Below are positions 1 to 11,490 of a stretch of 64,000 nt of DNA, piece after piece. Position numbers and translations under genes: made by a program. The first letter of the stretch is position 1; each line of letters begins with the position of its first letter. The stretch is from the NCBI GenBank assembly GCA_964036045.1, contig OZ038379.1, forward strand, positions 3,906,001 to 3,970,000, written 5' to 3'. Under the pieces are notes generated by a model. The model did not search any database. It saw nothing but the letters and a program-made list of their open reading frames with translations, and was not told where the DNA came from. The DNA is from Eutreptiella sp. 'Long Island Sound 2002' (Eukaryota > Protista > Euglenida).

Positions 1-227
1 GCATTTGCAAACCAATGCTACAAAGTATGGTACTGGTCTCTGTGTGCGAATTGTGGATGTGTCCAACACCTTCTTACCTTCGGGGCAGTGTTGGCTACAC
101 AAGTGCACGAGTGCATTTGTTTATCGCGCAGGGACATGCACCCATATCCTACCACCCACCCAATTTGGGGTGGCACTTCGCCAAGCCACTTGGGTACGGA
201 AGTGTTTGACTTTCCCGAACTTTGTAG

Positions 228-1295
228 GTGCTTTATGAAGTGACCATGGCACTGGTGGTGGAACAAGTGCACAATGTTGCATTTGAAGAAGGGCCAAAGG
301 AGGCGTATGAAGGGCTTGGAGATGAGGAATCTAAGGCACAGGCCCAGCTGCAGCGTCTTGAGGAGGAGGCAGTTGAGATTGAGAAGAAGACTCGAGAAGT
401 GCGTGCAATTGTCAAGCGGTTTGAACAACAGCGCCAGGAGCAGCAACAGCTAAAGGTGGTAGAGGAAGCGCGTGCAGCGGCACAAAAGGTAGAGGAGGCA
501 CGGAAACGGGCGCACAAGGCGGAGGAGGAGCAGAAGTTGGCGGAAAAGCTGCTGGAGGAGCGGAGAAGGGCGCAGAAGGCAAAGGAGGAGCGGAAGGTGA
601 CGGAAAAAGCGCGTGCAGCAATGTTAAAGATGGAGGAGGAGCAAGAGCAAAGCATGCGAGAGAGAGTGGCAAGGGGGAGGCAGCTGCTGGCATGGGCGGA
701 CGACGCGGACGAGATTGACGCCCTCTTCACGCCAGAGGTCACGTGCATCGCCACCGGGGCAATGGCAACTCTGGTGCTGTACGAGGACCCTCGGAGGGCA
801 TGGGCATACACGCGCAATCAGGGCCTGCCGCAGTCGCTGCTCAGCGCACTGCACGGCCGGGGGCGCCACCTCCCTCCCCCGTCGTGTGCTGCCCTGGGCT
901 CCCAGGGGCGCTACTACCTCCGGTTTGCGGACGGCACCGCCCAGTTCGTCGCCCCGCAAGCGTTTGGGAAGGCTCTGCAGTCCCGCGAGGACCGGGACGT
1001 CCGGACCGTGGCATTCGGGGAGGATTGGGAGACATTCTTTGTCACGTTTGAGGATGGGTCCTGGGCGACAGAGGGGGCCCTGCCGGAGGGACTCAGTGCG
1101 CTTCTAAAGACCCAGACGAGCCTGGCGGACGTGGCCCTGGGGCCTTGTGGCGAGTGGTTCTTGCGGTCCAGCAACCACCACTGCTGGTGGGGGGGGCTGG
1201 GGGATGAGGCCCAGAGGTTCCTCGCGTCCCTGCGAGACCGTCTTGTTTCAGTGCGCTTTGGTGAGGCCCACGGGTTTCTATGCCGCTACAATTAG
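228..1295 (+). CDS. Probable terminal exon of a gene starting upstream of the window; Glu/Lys/Arg-rich coiled coil followed by a beta-rich repeat domain of unknown function
   Basis: Open 355-codon frame starting right after a pyrimidine-rich acceptor (tttgtAG|G, AG at 226-227) and ending in TAG. The first ~150 codons are EEARKRA-type coiled coil. The C-terminal half has recurring V/A-x-(L/F)-G-x(3-5)-(Y/W/F)-F-(L/V)-x-F-x-DG units (ALGSQGRYYLRFADG, VAFGEDWETFFVTFEDG, VALGPCGEWFL, VRFGEAHGFL). Confidence 0.7.
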   Translation: MLYEVTMALVVEQVHNVAFEEGPKEAYEGLGDEESKAQAQLQRLEEEAVEIEKKTREVRAIVKRFEQQRQEQQQLKVVEEARAAAQKVEEARKRAHKAEEEQKLAEKLLEERRRAQKAKEERKVTEKARAAMLKMEEEQEQSMRERVARGRQLLAWADDADEIDALFTPEVTCIATGAMATLVLYEDPRRAWAYTRNQGLPQSLLSALHGRGRHLPPPSCAALGSQGRYYLRFADGTAQFVAPQAFGKALQSREDRDVRTVAFGEDWETFFVTFEDGSWATEGALPEGLSALLKTQTSLADVALGPCGEWFLRSSNHHCWWGGLGDEAQRFLASLRDRLVSVRFGEAHGFLCRYN

Positions 1296-4200
1296 GCCCG
1301 AGAGTGCGACGCAGGGATGTCACTCAGGATGGGCCATGTTTGGCGGTGAGGGTGGGGCGGGGGGGGGGGGGATGGCTGCTATGAAGTGGAGATGTTTTCT
1401 ATGTATGGGTCCGGTGGCTCTTCCATAGACCCCATGCCGTGGGGAAAGCGGGAGGGGTTGGGAGAGGGGGGCTCTCATTGTGCTCTGGCTAGGGACGCCC
1501 ACCCTCTCCGTGTTATTCGCATCCCCGTTGTGAAGGAGTTGGGGCCGTAAACTATGTGGATCAGTGTGTTGCGGGTGGGGGAAAGTTGCCTGCGCCAGAG
1601 ACTGTCTTGAGGTGCCTGTATTGGAGGCCTCACCCTCCGACCGATGGTAATATGGGTGTGTCACAGGAGCCTGCTTTGTCTCTGTTTCCTGGCACTGCCG
1701 TGCATGTGGAATTGATTGATCGCCCCCCTTCCCCTCCCAGTCAGACAGTGCATGAGATTGCTGGGACTATCACGAGATCAAATAGTGCAGGGCACTGTGC
1801 TGAACCATTCAACTATGGTGCCCAGCACGAGAGCTGACCTGTGTGGGCGTGGCACGATGCCAGAAATGCAAGCAGCGGATGGCCAGGCCACCTCAAGAGC
1901 AACCCTGAGCTTCCATCAGTACTTCCATCAACACTTCCATCAACACTCCCATCAACACTGCATGCGCCTACACAATGCCTGTCCAAGGGGAACACATTGC
2001 ATTGGAGAGCAACGATCAACCACAGCTACAGCATAAACTTCTGAAACCACTGCCAATTTTTCGTTAAATGGAAGTCGGAAGAAGCAGCGAGGCCGCCGGT
2101 AATCAAGGGAAGGGAAGTGTTAACCTGTACGTGTTACATCCCCTTCGGCCGGTGACCTCGCTATGTGGTCCTGCTCTTGCCCTCCTTTGGACAGGAGGTG
2201 TGGGCGTGCGCCTAAAGAGATCATGTCCGAACTTCTGTGCCCAAACTTTTGCATTGTGTCAAATATTAGACAGGCCAGTGTGCCAATCGAGTCGTGCCAA
2301 GCGGTGGCAATGGATAGAATATAGTGCAATAGAATTTGCTTCCAGAAATGCGCGACACAAAGCACTACAATGCGTTCATCTCGTTCAAAGTCAAAACTGC
2401 ACCGAAAACGATGTACCAGAGGTCCATTTTTCTCTGGGAGACACTGTCACAAAAAAAAATGGACAACATGTCACACAGACCCGTCAGTTGAATGATGTGC
2501 TTAATGCCTGGTGGTCTATAAGCTACAAATAAACCTCCACTTCCATTGTCTCACATCAGTGCTGCCCCAGAATACCGGCACAACAATCGGTGGCATCACT
2601 GAGAGTCATTTATGGAAAAGTGGCTCATCCACTACCATGGGGTCTCCAGCACATAATGTGGGTCCAGTGTGGTGTGGTTTTCTGTCCATTATGCAGCGCA
2701 TGGCTGGGGCAAACTAAGACGTGGTTCCTGAGAGTTTTCGCCAGGATTTGGAAATCCTGACAAGAACGCAAACAGTGCTAGGACAATCAAGAGACTTCAG
2801 TCATTTTCTGGGGTGCCGAATGTCAACCCTTTCCCCTCCCCACCCCATTCTACACCCTCTACGGCCCTGTGCATTTGTGAAGAGCACCACTTGCCTACGT
2901 CCTGCTACCGCCTTTCCTTGACGACTACTGGAATTTTTAGAGTTTGAGAAAATCCCCACTCATCTGTATGCGTCAGTAAATTAATCATTTAGTGCCTTCT
3001 CAAGGGATTCCATGACATCCTCCCTGCTGCCAGACCTGACAAAGAAGGTGCTTCACTACCTGGTATCCGGCCTTTCCTTTGGTGTGAGGCCTCCTTTTCT
3101 TCCCAAGGGGATTTCATTTTAAAGAGGGCGCCCACACACACCCCTTCCCCCAAATAGACGTCCTTCCAGATGTATCACCGAACTTTCCACTGCAATGGGG
3201 GTTGTGGGTGCGGTAACGTTGTGAAATATGAGCAGCTGGGTGCATATTACGTTCCTTTAAACACATGAGCGCTTCAGTCAAGTAGATCAGATGTATGATG
3301 TCCGGAAGCATCCAGGGGCACAGACGTGATGCACGGAGTGCAGCTCAATACAAAGCAATGATGAGAGCAAAGGCTCAATTAGGGACAGCAGCAGGTGCAC
3401 CTCTACTTTATCACTACTTGCAGTTCAAACGAAATGTGCTTTGGTTTCCCCTCCCTTTCATCACCCACATTGATACTACAATCTGCCTGTATGCAAAAGG
3501 ATGTCCTACAGCAGTTGTAAATCCTGCAGCTGAGCTGTGTCCACCACTACTTCCAAGGGTATGCCTTGAAGACACCCTTGCTTCAGAACTAGTGGTGGCA
3601 GCATGGGTTGTAGTGTCGCATGTGAAAATCTGATCCCCAGCGCCATATGCCACCTGCACGCAGAACCATTTGCAGCCTCGACCCTGCAGAAGTGAAAAAG
3701 GATTTGCGATATCCTGCTAACCCATATGATGCCGTGACCAACACCCTTAAGACCGACGCATCCATTAACACCACACTGCCTTCCTTGGGCTTTGTGGGAC
3801 AGTGAATACCCAGTTGCGCAGATTACCATTCTGAATCGACTATGTACATACATAGGAGAACCAAGTAAAACCTTAAGCCCTGGAATTACCCATATGTCGT
3901 GTGGCATGCGCTATGTTTCGTGAAAGCAGCATCTGAAAAGCATTCAGCTTGCCAACTCTGCCAACTTTGCCAATAAATTTTTCCTTCGTGTGGTTTCGCT
4001 AAGCTGCACATATGTTGCACTGTCTCTGCTTTTGGGGACCGAGCTGAAAAGCACTGTTAACGAACTGCATTCCTTTGACTACCACTGAAACTGTTCCCCA
4101 GCACCCGTTCCCCTGTGTTCTCGTTAGAAATGGTGGTTACTGAAAGTGCACATTTCACTGAGATTTTCCCAAAATAGTGTTTCAGTGGTGAAATGGAAAA

Positions 4201-6002
4201 TTTCCTGCTTTTGGTGAAATTTTCCCCAACACGTGGAGTTGCCCGAACTGTGCATGCGCTGTGCAAGGTTTTTGTATCACCCTTGGACCCAAAAAAATTT
4301 CCTCCAGCTCCTTCGGCACCTCGGATTTTGGCAGCTTCCCAAGGATTCTGTCCAGCGGGTAACCTCCAGGTGCTTACCCAGAAAGATCCGTGCAGTGTGC
4401 CCCAGGCTTTGCCCCAACAAGCTTTGTGTTGTTCACAATTTCCTTGGTGTGTTTTATGTTACGGGACATTCTTTTCATTTCGGGTGCAAGATGCAGGTGC
4501 AGATGGACGTCCTGGACATCCATTACATCCTGCACATATTTGTGCGCAGTATACTGCCACACATCGTGCACGCATCCCGGAACCAGAATTCACACTACGT
4601 TTGTTGTGATGGACCTGAAGGTGCAGACTATTTGGGCCAGACAGTAACACGGGATTGTTGTGCTTAGACAAGGCCCTCTCATCAAAGGTATTGTAACCCG
4701 TTGTTCTGCCCATCGGGCATGATGTAGCAATATGCCTACGCCAAGGCCTCGAAGAATTAGTCTATTTGGCCATTTTAAACTGTGGATAATCATCAACACA
4801 AGTTATTGGCTCTTTAGGTGGCAACTTCTGAAGCCACCTTACCGAAGTTTTACAATTCTCTCATGCATTAATTTCAACAAGGAACGTTTCAGGTAGTCCA
4901 CGTCAACTATCGGCTCCTTCCTTAGGATAAAGAGCCTACCAGTTTCCAATTAGATGCCAAGAAGCAAAAACGAGATGAATGCAAAGCCAGAGAGTCGAAG
5001 CAGGTGCTAGCCATCCAGAAGGCTCATGCTGCGGCAAATTTTGATGGTCTATCAAAAGCATACCCCAAGGTTGGGGCAGTAGAAGGTTTTGGAAGTGGCT
5101 TTTGGGGCCAGTGGCAGATTTCCTCACCACAGAAGGACACTACAGAAAAAAAAAACCCAACTGAGCAGAACACAAGGCGGCCATCTCAGCAGTCGTCAAA
5201 GCTACGCCAAAAACACTGAGTTTTGGGGTCTTCAAATATGCCCTCGATGGGGTACAGCGACACAACGGGTGCTTGAAATCGGGGCCAGTTTGTTGCTCCG
5301 ACTTCTGGGATGCGCTACTTGTGACCCTTGACCCAGTACAACATCTGATCCGTCGAGCCTAGTACATCAGGGCATTCCTAGTAATGAGAGGGCAGATGAA
5401 TTGGCCGAACAGGGGAGACTCGGAGAAGGTAAGCTTGGGTCTAAGTCTAGGACATTTTCCCAAAAGTGTCGCGCTGGGTAAATCTCCCTCCTCGTGTCAC
5501 CAACGACCCAAGCCTAAGCCTGGCCAAAGCGCCCGTTGGTCATAGGATTTTACCCCAAGAATGTGGTTTCAGTTTCAGCCAGCCAACCCATGGAGGCTTG
5601 AAAACAGCTCAATCCTCACTGGTGCGGCCTCATCGGGAGGCTGATGGGGTGTATCGATGGCCGATGGGGGTGAATGACAGGGTGCCTTCTTCCCCCTTTG
5701 TTTTGCACCTGTCGAGTCCAAGGTCCTTCAGCAGTGGTCACGAGTCAATGGAGGGAGAGTCACTAACCCATTGTTCCCGAATTCCAAGTAGGCGACACGG
5801 CGAAGGGTGAAGGATGGAGGTTGAATAAGAGTGTGAGCACGTTATATGGCAGTGCCCACCTGTAGCATATACATGGTGGGTGCAGGTCGGAGACCTGACT
5901 GCGCACACATGAAGCGCTGCATGCCCTTGCAATGGCAAGGTGAAGTATGCAAGAACGCTCATGGTGTCTCAATGGGATTCGTGGCCACGTTTGTTTTTCA
6001 CA

Positions 6003-6004
6003 AG
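6003..6004 (+). promoter_or_regulatory. Candidate trans-splice (spliced-leader) or 5' UTR acceptor AG for the histidine kinase gene
   Basis: T-rich tract (tttgtttttcacaAG) ends 23 nt before the ATG at 6028. The trans-splicing interpretation is inferred from the euglenozoan assignment. Confidence 0.35.
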
Positions 6005-6027
6005 CTGCTTTTTTTTGGTTTCGTTCC

Positions 6028-9000
6028 ATGAAGTGCTTTAATTGGAACCCCGGGGACGAGTACGAGTCGTTCTGGTGTGGCTTCCGGTTCAAGGCCCACG
6101 CCAAGGAGGAGCAATTCCTCAACCGCTACATGAACTCCGTGGTCATCTGCTGCCAAATCTGGAGCATGTTCAACTTCCTCAGCAGCATTTTCATTCTGGT
6201 GCACCGGCCCATCCCCCGAGGCGTCGGCGTCAGCCACATCCCGGGGCTCGCTGTCTGCGTGATCGCCTGCGTCACGTTCCTCCTGTTGTCCTTGCCCCGG
6301 CTGGTCAAGCACGCGGGCCCGTACGCGGTGCTGATCCTCAGCATCGCCACGGTGCTCGTGACGCTCTGCCAAAGCGTCGACATGCACATCCAAGCGGAGG
6401 TCAACCTGCTGCACGCGCCGCAGGGGCAGCTCCGCACGATCTACGAACAGGTCTACGACGACCCCGAGGCCCTGGAGGTGCTGCGGTTCTTCTTGCGGGA
6501 GAAGCTGACGTGGGACATGTACAGCCTCTACATCGTGCAGTCCCTGCTCACGCTGCTCCCCCTGACGATGGTCGGGTTCTTCAAGAGGTTTGCCCCGATT
6601 CCCCGCGGTCTGCGCGTTCGCAAACTCCCCCATTCTTTCCCAGTCATGGTATCACCATCAGTGCCGTGCCGCGCCAAGCCCCTCGACAGGGGGGGGGGGG
6701 GGTAAAACTGCTCAACCGGCATCAGGTGGGGGGTGTCTCCCGCAGCCCAGATGGGCTGTTTGCGCAACAGGAGCGGGAGCCCATCAGGGGCAGACCGGCC
6801 GTGAGGGGGAAAAGGACATGTGGTGGACGGTCGGGACAGCGCGTGGAGGAACAGGGCACCTGGGCCGCACAGAAACACAGCGAGGCAGGCTATGGACGGC
6901 CTGTGGACAGAGGTGTGTGGACAGCAAAAACAGTCAAACGACCCCGGCAACAACCAGCACATCCTCAATACGCCAATTATTGGGCGCCGCTGACACGCAA
7001 ACGGCACACCATGTCACATTCAGCACAGCCCCAACACACCAACTACTGGGCTCCGCGAACGCGGAAACGACACCAGCAAGAGCACCGGCCGCAGCGGCCG
7101 ACAGAAAGCAGCGACCCGGCGCAACATGCGAAGGGAAGAACGGGTGACCGTCCAGGGCCCCGTAAAGGAGCAACAACCAGACGGAATGTCACACAGGGGG
7201 GGTAAAACTGTGGCCTTTTCAGTGACAATCGCACACATTATTTACGGGGGAGCACTGGAGGCCCCGACGCATTGCGGACCCCAGCACCAGCAGGCACACA
7301 TCCCTGCGCCTCGGGGGATATCACTGGTCGAAGGCGGCTCACACTTCCCAATGCGCTCAGTCAACTCCGGTTGGGTTACTCGAGGGTCCCGCAGGTGACA
7401 CAAATCGTGGATTTTCTGCCCAAAACCCGTGCAACCGGTGGCGGCCGAGGGCCTGCCGCGCTGTCATTTCCCCCACTGCGTCCAGCACCTTCTTCGCCAT
7501 CGTGCTCATGCCCTCGGCCGGGCTCTTCGTCGCCGTCGTCAGCCCGGTGATGCTGACCATCTACGCCCTGATGTTCGTGATCTTCCACGTGCTGTTCAGC
7601 GTGCTGGTCGTGGGGCTGAGCATCGTCCTGTCGATGACCCGCCGCTCCCAGTTCTCGATCGAGCACTCCTTCGAGCTCAGGCTGAAGGAGGAGCTGGAGG
7701 CCAGCCGGCAGGCGGACAGCATCCTCAACCACACGCTGAAGAACACGATGGCGGACGCCGCGGGCGAGATCGAGATGTTCCTCGAGAAGACCGCCTGCGC
7801 CCCGAGCGCCACGCGCCACCTGCAGCAGTCCTCCGCCTCGCTGCGGCGGGGCATGCGCAGCTGCCGGCACCGCCAGGCGTACCTGAACCTGGTCATGCAC
7901 CGGTACATGGTGTCGCTGCGGCCCGTGCAGCTGCTGCAGTTCGGGAACGAGCTCACCCGCGGCCGGAACATCAGGCTCTCGGTGAAGGACCTGGTGGTGT
8001 GCATCGACGTGACACTGTGCGGGCTCATCCTCGACAACGCCATCAGCAACGCGTTCAAGCACGGGCACCCGACGGCCCCCGACGTCACGTTCACGATCAC
8101 CGACGCCGCCCCGGCGGCCTCCCCGTCGCGCGCGCTCGTGCAGGAGCAGGTGCAGCTCGCGTTCGTGGTCACCAACAAGGCGAACCCGGCGCGGCCCCCG
8201 CTGACGCAGGAGTACATCGACCTGGTGCGCAGCGGCAAGCCCGTGCCGTCGTCGGCGGTCACCACGTCGGCCATGTCGGACCAGATCGGGCTCCAGCACT
8301 CGTTCCTGGCGGCGGAGGCCCACGGGATCGAGCTCAGCATCAGGCAGGTCGGGGTCATGCCTCACTGCTTTGCTGTTACATTTCTTCAGCCCTACACCTG
8401 AGTGTCTCCGTTCAATGGCACACTGTGTTCTGCCCCTAACCAATGTTATGCATTAAATCCACCACAACACATGCATCTATGCAACTGGGTACAGTGCATG
8501 GTACGTGGTGCGGTAAAACGGCATGTATGTCGGTCTGATGCAAGGGATCATCCCTGGGGTGGGACCCCAGCCCTGTGCACAGCACGAACACGGGGGGCAG
8601 GCTAAGTCATTCCAAGAATACATGTCATTCCTGAGCACTTTCTGGGATTGTTCTGCAGAGATATTCTGTCGAAACAGGCGCATAGTGCGAAAGTCGGCCG
8701 CAAAAAAGGGTAAACTACATGCCAAGAAAAAGCAGTCTGATGCAGGGGACCATTCCTGGGCAGACGTGCCACTAGTGTCCGGCGGGGGAACTGAGTTTTG
8801 CTCAGAATCAGCCCAGTGCCAGTGTGCCACTCAGTAAGATCCGCTCTTCTGGAACTCAGTAGGAACCAGCAGGGGCCGTGTCCGACTCAGTAGGATCCGG
8901 CTCCTTCTGATCACGTCTCACGTGTGACTGGCAAGTCTGGTCCTGGGGTGCATTGCACAAACTGGTTACGATTGTTGTTGCTGCTGTTGTAGGTCGGGGA

Positions 9001-10691
9001 CCAGGTGACGTTCGAGGCGCACTTCAGGGCCGACGTCAGCGAGATGGTCCCGGATGCGCGGGACGAGGCCCGCGCCGCGGACCTAGACGCGTTCCCCGCG
9101 GACCTGCACGTCTACTGCATCGACGACTCCGCCACGGCCCGGCGGCTGCTCGAGCACAACCTCCGCCTGCGTGCCCGCACCGCCAACGTCCACCTGTTCG
9201 GCGAGTATGAGACCGACGCCGACGCGTTCGTCTGCGCCGCCCTGACCGACGGCGACGTCGCCATCCTGGACCAGCACCTGGAGTACGGCGGGCACTCGAA
9301 CATCCTGGGAACCGACATCGTGCGGCAGCTGGTGGTCCAGGGCTTCAAGGGCCTGGTCTGCATCCGCTCGGGCAACGTCACGCCGCAGGTGCGGGGCTAT
9401 ACTGAAGCAGCCGACCCTCATGTTACAATCCCCACACCGTTCCTCCCACACCACTTCAATTTTCGTCTGTACGGAAGGTGGCGAAAATTTTCTCCTGGCG
9501 AAATCTGGGGGCTTTGGCAGTGCAGTGTGCGCGTGAGGCAGTGGAAGCTTTGAGATTTGCAAGGCTGGCGAATTTTTCCCCTCCGAAATTTCTCCGGCGA
9601 AACAATCCCCGTACGCAATTAACCCCCTTGTACTCCCGCACCACCGCTCCAACACCATGTTAGCGGCAAAAAAAAAAGACCCGAACACGACCGACAGGTA
9701 CCTCGTGCTTGATGAGTGCAGCCGCATTCACGTTGCTGTACTGCCGTACCTCATCCACGCCTTTCAGCTGCGGTGCACAGTGCTGTGTGGAGATACCGCA
9801 CGGCTGCCTCCATCATGCACGTGAACCGCATGGCTGGACTGCAGCAAGGCGACGCGAAAACCAGCCCTCCTACACCATCACTCCCACACCACTACTCCGC
9901 TAACCCACAGCTCCTCCACCACCACTCCTGCACCACCCCTCCGACACCACCTTCTGCCTCCACCGCTCCGACTCCACCCTCCTGAACCACCAGTCCTACA
10001 CCACCACTCCTACCAGGCCTTTGCTTAGTGGCTGGTTGATACTATACCGGGGGGGGGGGGGGTCGGTCAGAGGCCAAAAAAAAGTTTGTGTACCTAAAAT
10101 CGACCTCCAAGTTCGGGCCCCTTTGATAAATTTCATTTTTTCCTGAGGAAAAATTTTCTGATGTGGGTGGGTGGGTGGGTCAGCCAAAATCCCGGGGGGC
10201 CAATTTGACCCCCCCCCCCATTATCACTAAGCAAAGGCCTGACCCCTACACCATCAATCGCTCCGGCACCTTCACTTGTAGACCACCATTCCCACACAAT
10301 CAGGCACACACCATCATCCCTCTCCTCCCTCCCACACCATCATTCCGCTCGCACCGCTCCTGCTCCATCAGCCCGATCCCTCCCGCAGGACCAGGCGCAG
10401 TACTTCCAAGCCGGGGCGCACTGCGTGTTCGGCAAGGACGCGGGGATGCGGCAGGTGATGGACGACATGAAGGTGGCCTACGTGCGCCGCATCCTGTACG
10501 CCAACCCGGCGGCGGTCCGCAGCGACGTGCAGGAGCGAGGCCGGACCCTGGTCATGCCTTTCTCCAGCGACCCCCTCCCGGAGCCCAATTCTGCACTGCG
10601 GGATCCGGCGACGCCGCCGCAGTCCTCCCCGGGACGGCGATACAGCGTGAACCGCTTGTCGGGCGTTGATGATTGGCAACTGGACGTTTGA
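6028..10691 (+). CDS. Membrane-bound hybrid histidine kinase (multi-TM sensor + HisKA + HATPase + receiver), join(6028..6587,7486..8347,8993..9388,10389..10691), 706 aa
   Basis: Four GC3-rich exons joined by GT-AG introns with matching phases (2,0,0); total 2121 nt = 707 codons. H-box ADSILNHTLKN, N-box LILDNAISNAFKHG, G2-like DQIGL. Receiver motifs CIDDS, AILDQHL, IRSGN and VFGKD, with the receiver split across exons 3 and 4. Several hydrophobic TM segments in exons 1-2. Confidence 0.9.
6708..7203. mobile_element. ~490-bp interspersed repeat (SINE-like/non-autonomous), copy 1, in intron 1 of the kinase
   Basis: Colinear and highly similar to 54282-54763 (ctgctcaaccggcatcagg...gacggaatgtcacacaggggggg). 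Bracketed by the direct repeat acag(G)n-taaaactg (6687-6710 and 7193-7210). Confidence 0.85.
10014..10241. mobile_element. 228-bp MITE, hAT-like, in intron 3 of the kinase
   Basis: Perfect 17-bp TIR CAGGCCTTTGCTTAGTG (10014-10030) / CACTAAGCAAAGGCCTG (10225-10241). The 8-bp flanks ACTCCTAC and ACCCCTAC match 7/8. CAG termini plus an 8-bp TSD are hAT hallmarks. Confidence 0.7.
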
Positions 10692-11199
10692 TGGCCTGAC
10701 GCGATGATGTGGTAAGGGCGTTCGCGGTGTCAATGGAACATCGGCCCGCACACTCCTATTCCCAGGGGAAGGGGGGGGTTTTAAGTGTAGGTCCAGACCA
10801 CTGCCTTCAAGCCCCCAAACCTACGCCCACGCGGAAGAGCACCTTTTTCGCCCAAAGTGAATTTTTCGGCAATTTCGCCTCCGCTTACGTGTAGTCGAAC
10901 TGCTCAACAGTTGATGAGGAATTCAAGTATGCCAAACAGAGTACCCGGAACAGTGTCTTTTCAACAGATTTCGAAAAGTGTACAACAAATGCGGAACACT
11001 GTTGCAACACTGTGGCCAATTGAGCACCCATTTTTGTGCAGTCAAAATGCTCAGGAGTTAGTCAAGAAAGCGAATATTCCCAAAGAATGCGGGTTTTTTT
11101 ACCCCCCACCCCCCCCCTGCAAGGCCCTCTCCTCGGCCGCAGGGGAATCGGTGGCCCACGTGCGTGTCGACCGCTTCTGGGGTTAGGGACCGTAGGGTG

Positions 11200-11490
11200 C
11201 GCAGGTTCCCTGTGGAGCCGTGCCGGACCTTCTTGCCCTGCACCGAGACCCGCAGCACCCGTTGGAAATAGGTGCGCTGGTCTACCAAGACCCCCTAGAT
11301 CAGCCGGCCTTCCCCCCTCGCGAGGATGGTGATGGTGTCAGCCACCCACATCATCATGGGGTGGGCCATCGAGGCGACCAAGTACGCCCTGTAGGCCATG
11401 TCCATGTACTTCAGGAAGGGGATGGCTGCTGTGGCCCCCACATGGGCGCCCTGTGTGGTGCCTTGGGGGATACCCGGCAGTTGGTCGAGC
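11200..11490 (-). pseudogene. Decayed reverse-transcriptase fragment, non-LTR-like
   Basis: Minus-strand frame reads GIPQGTTQG...AAIPFLKYMD...MMWVADTITIL. This places a PQG motif ~35 aa before a YADD-position motif (WVAD, probably from WVDD). The frame is interrupted by a stop. Confidence 0.4.

Noticed and set aside
7376-8443. Long minus-strand and alternative-frame ORFs over kinase exons (7376-8443, 7561-8358, 7429-8439, 5998-6633)
   Set aside because: These are by-products of very high GC3. Only the spliced frame has HK motifs.
8775-8910. Recurrent ACTCAGT(A/G) motif in kinase intron 2 as TIR or regulatory array
   Set aside because: Only 3-4 short irregular copies, with no terminal inverted structure at the intron ends.
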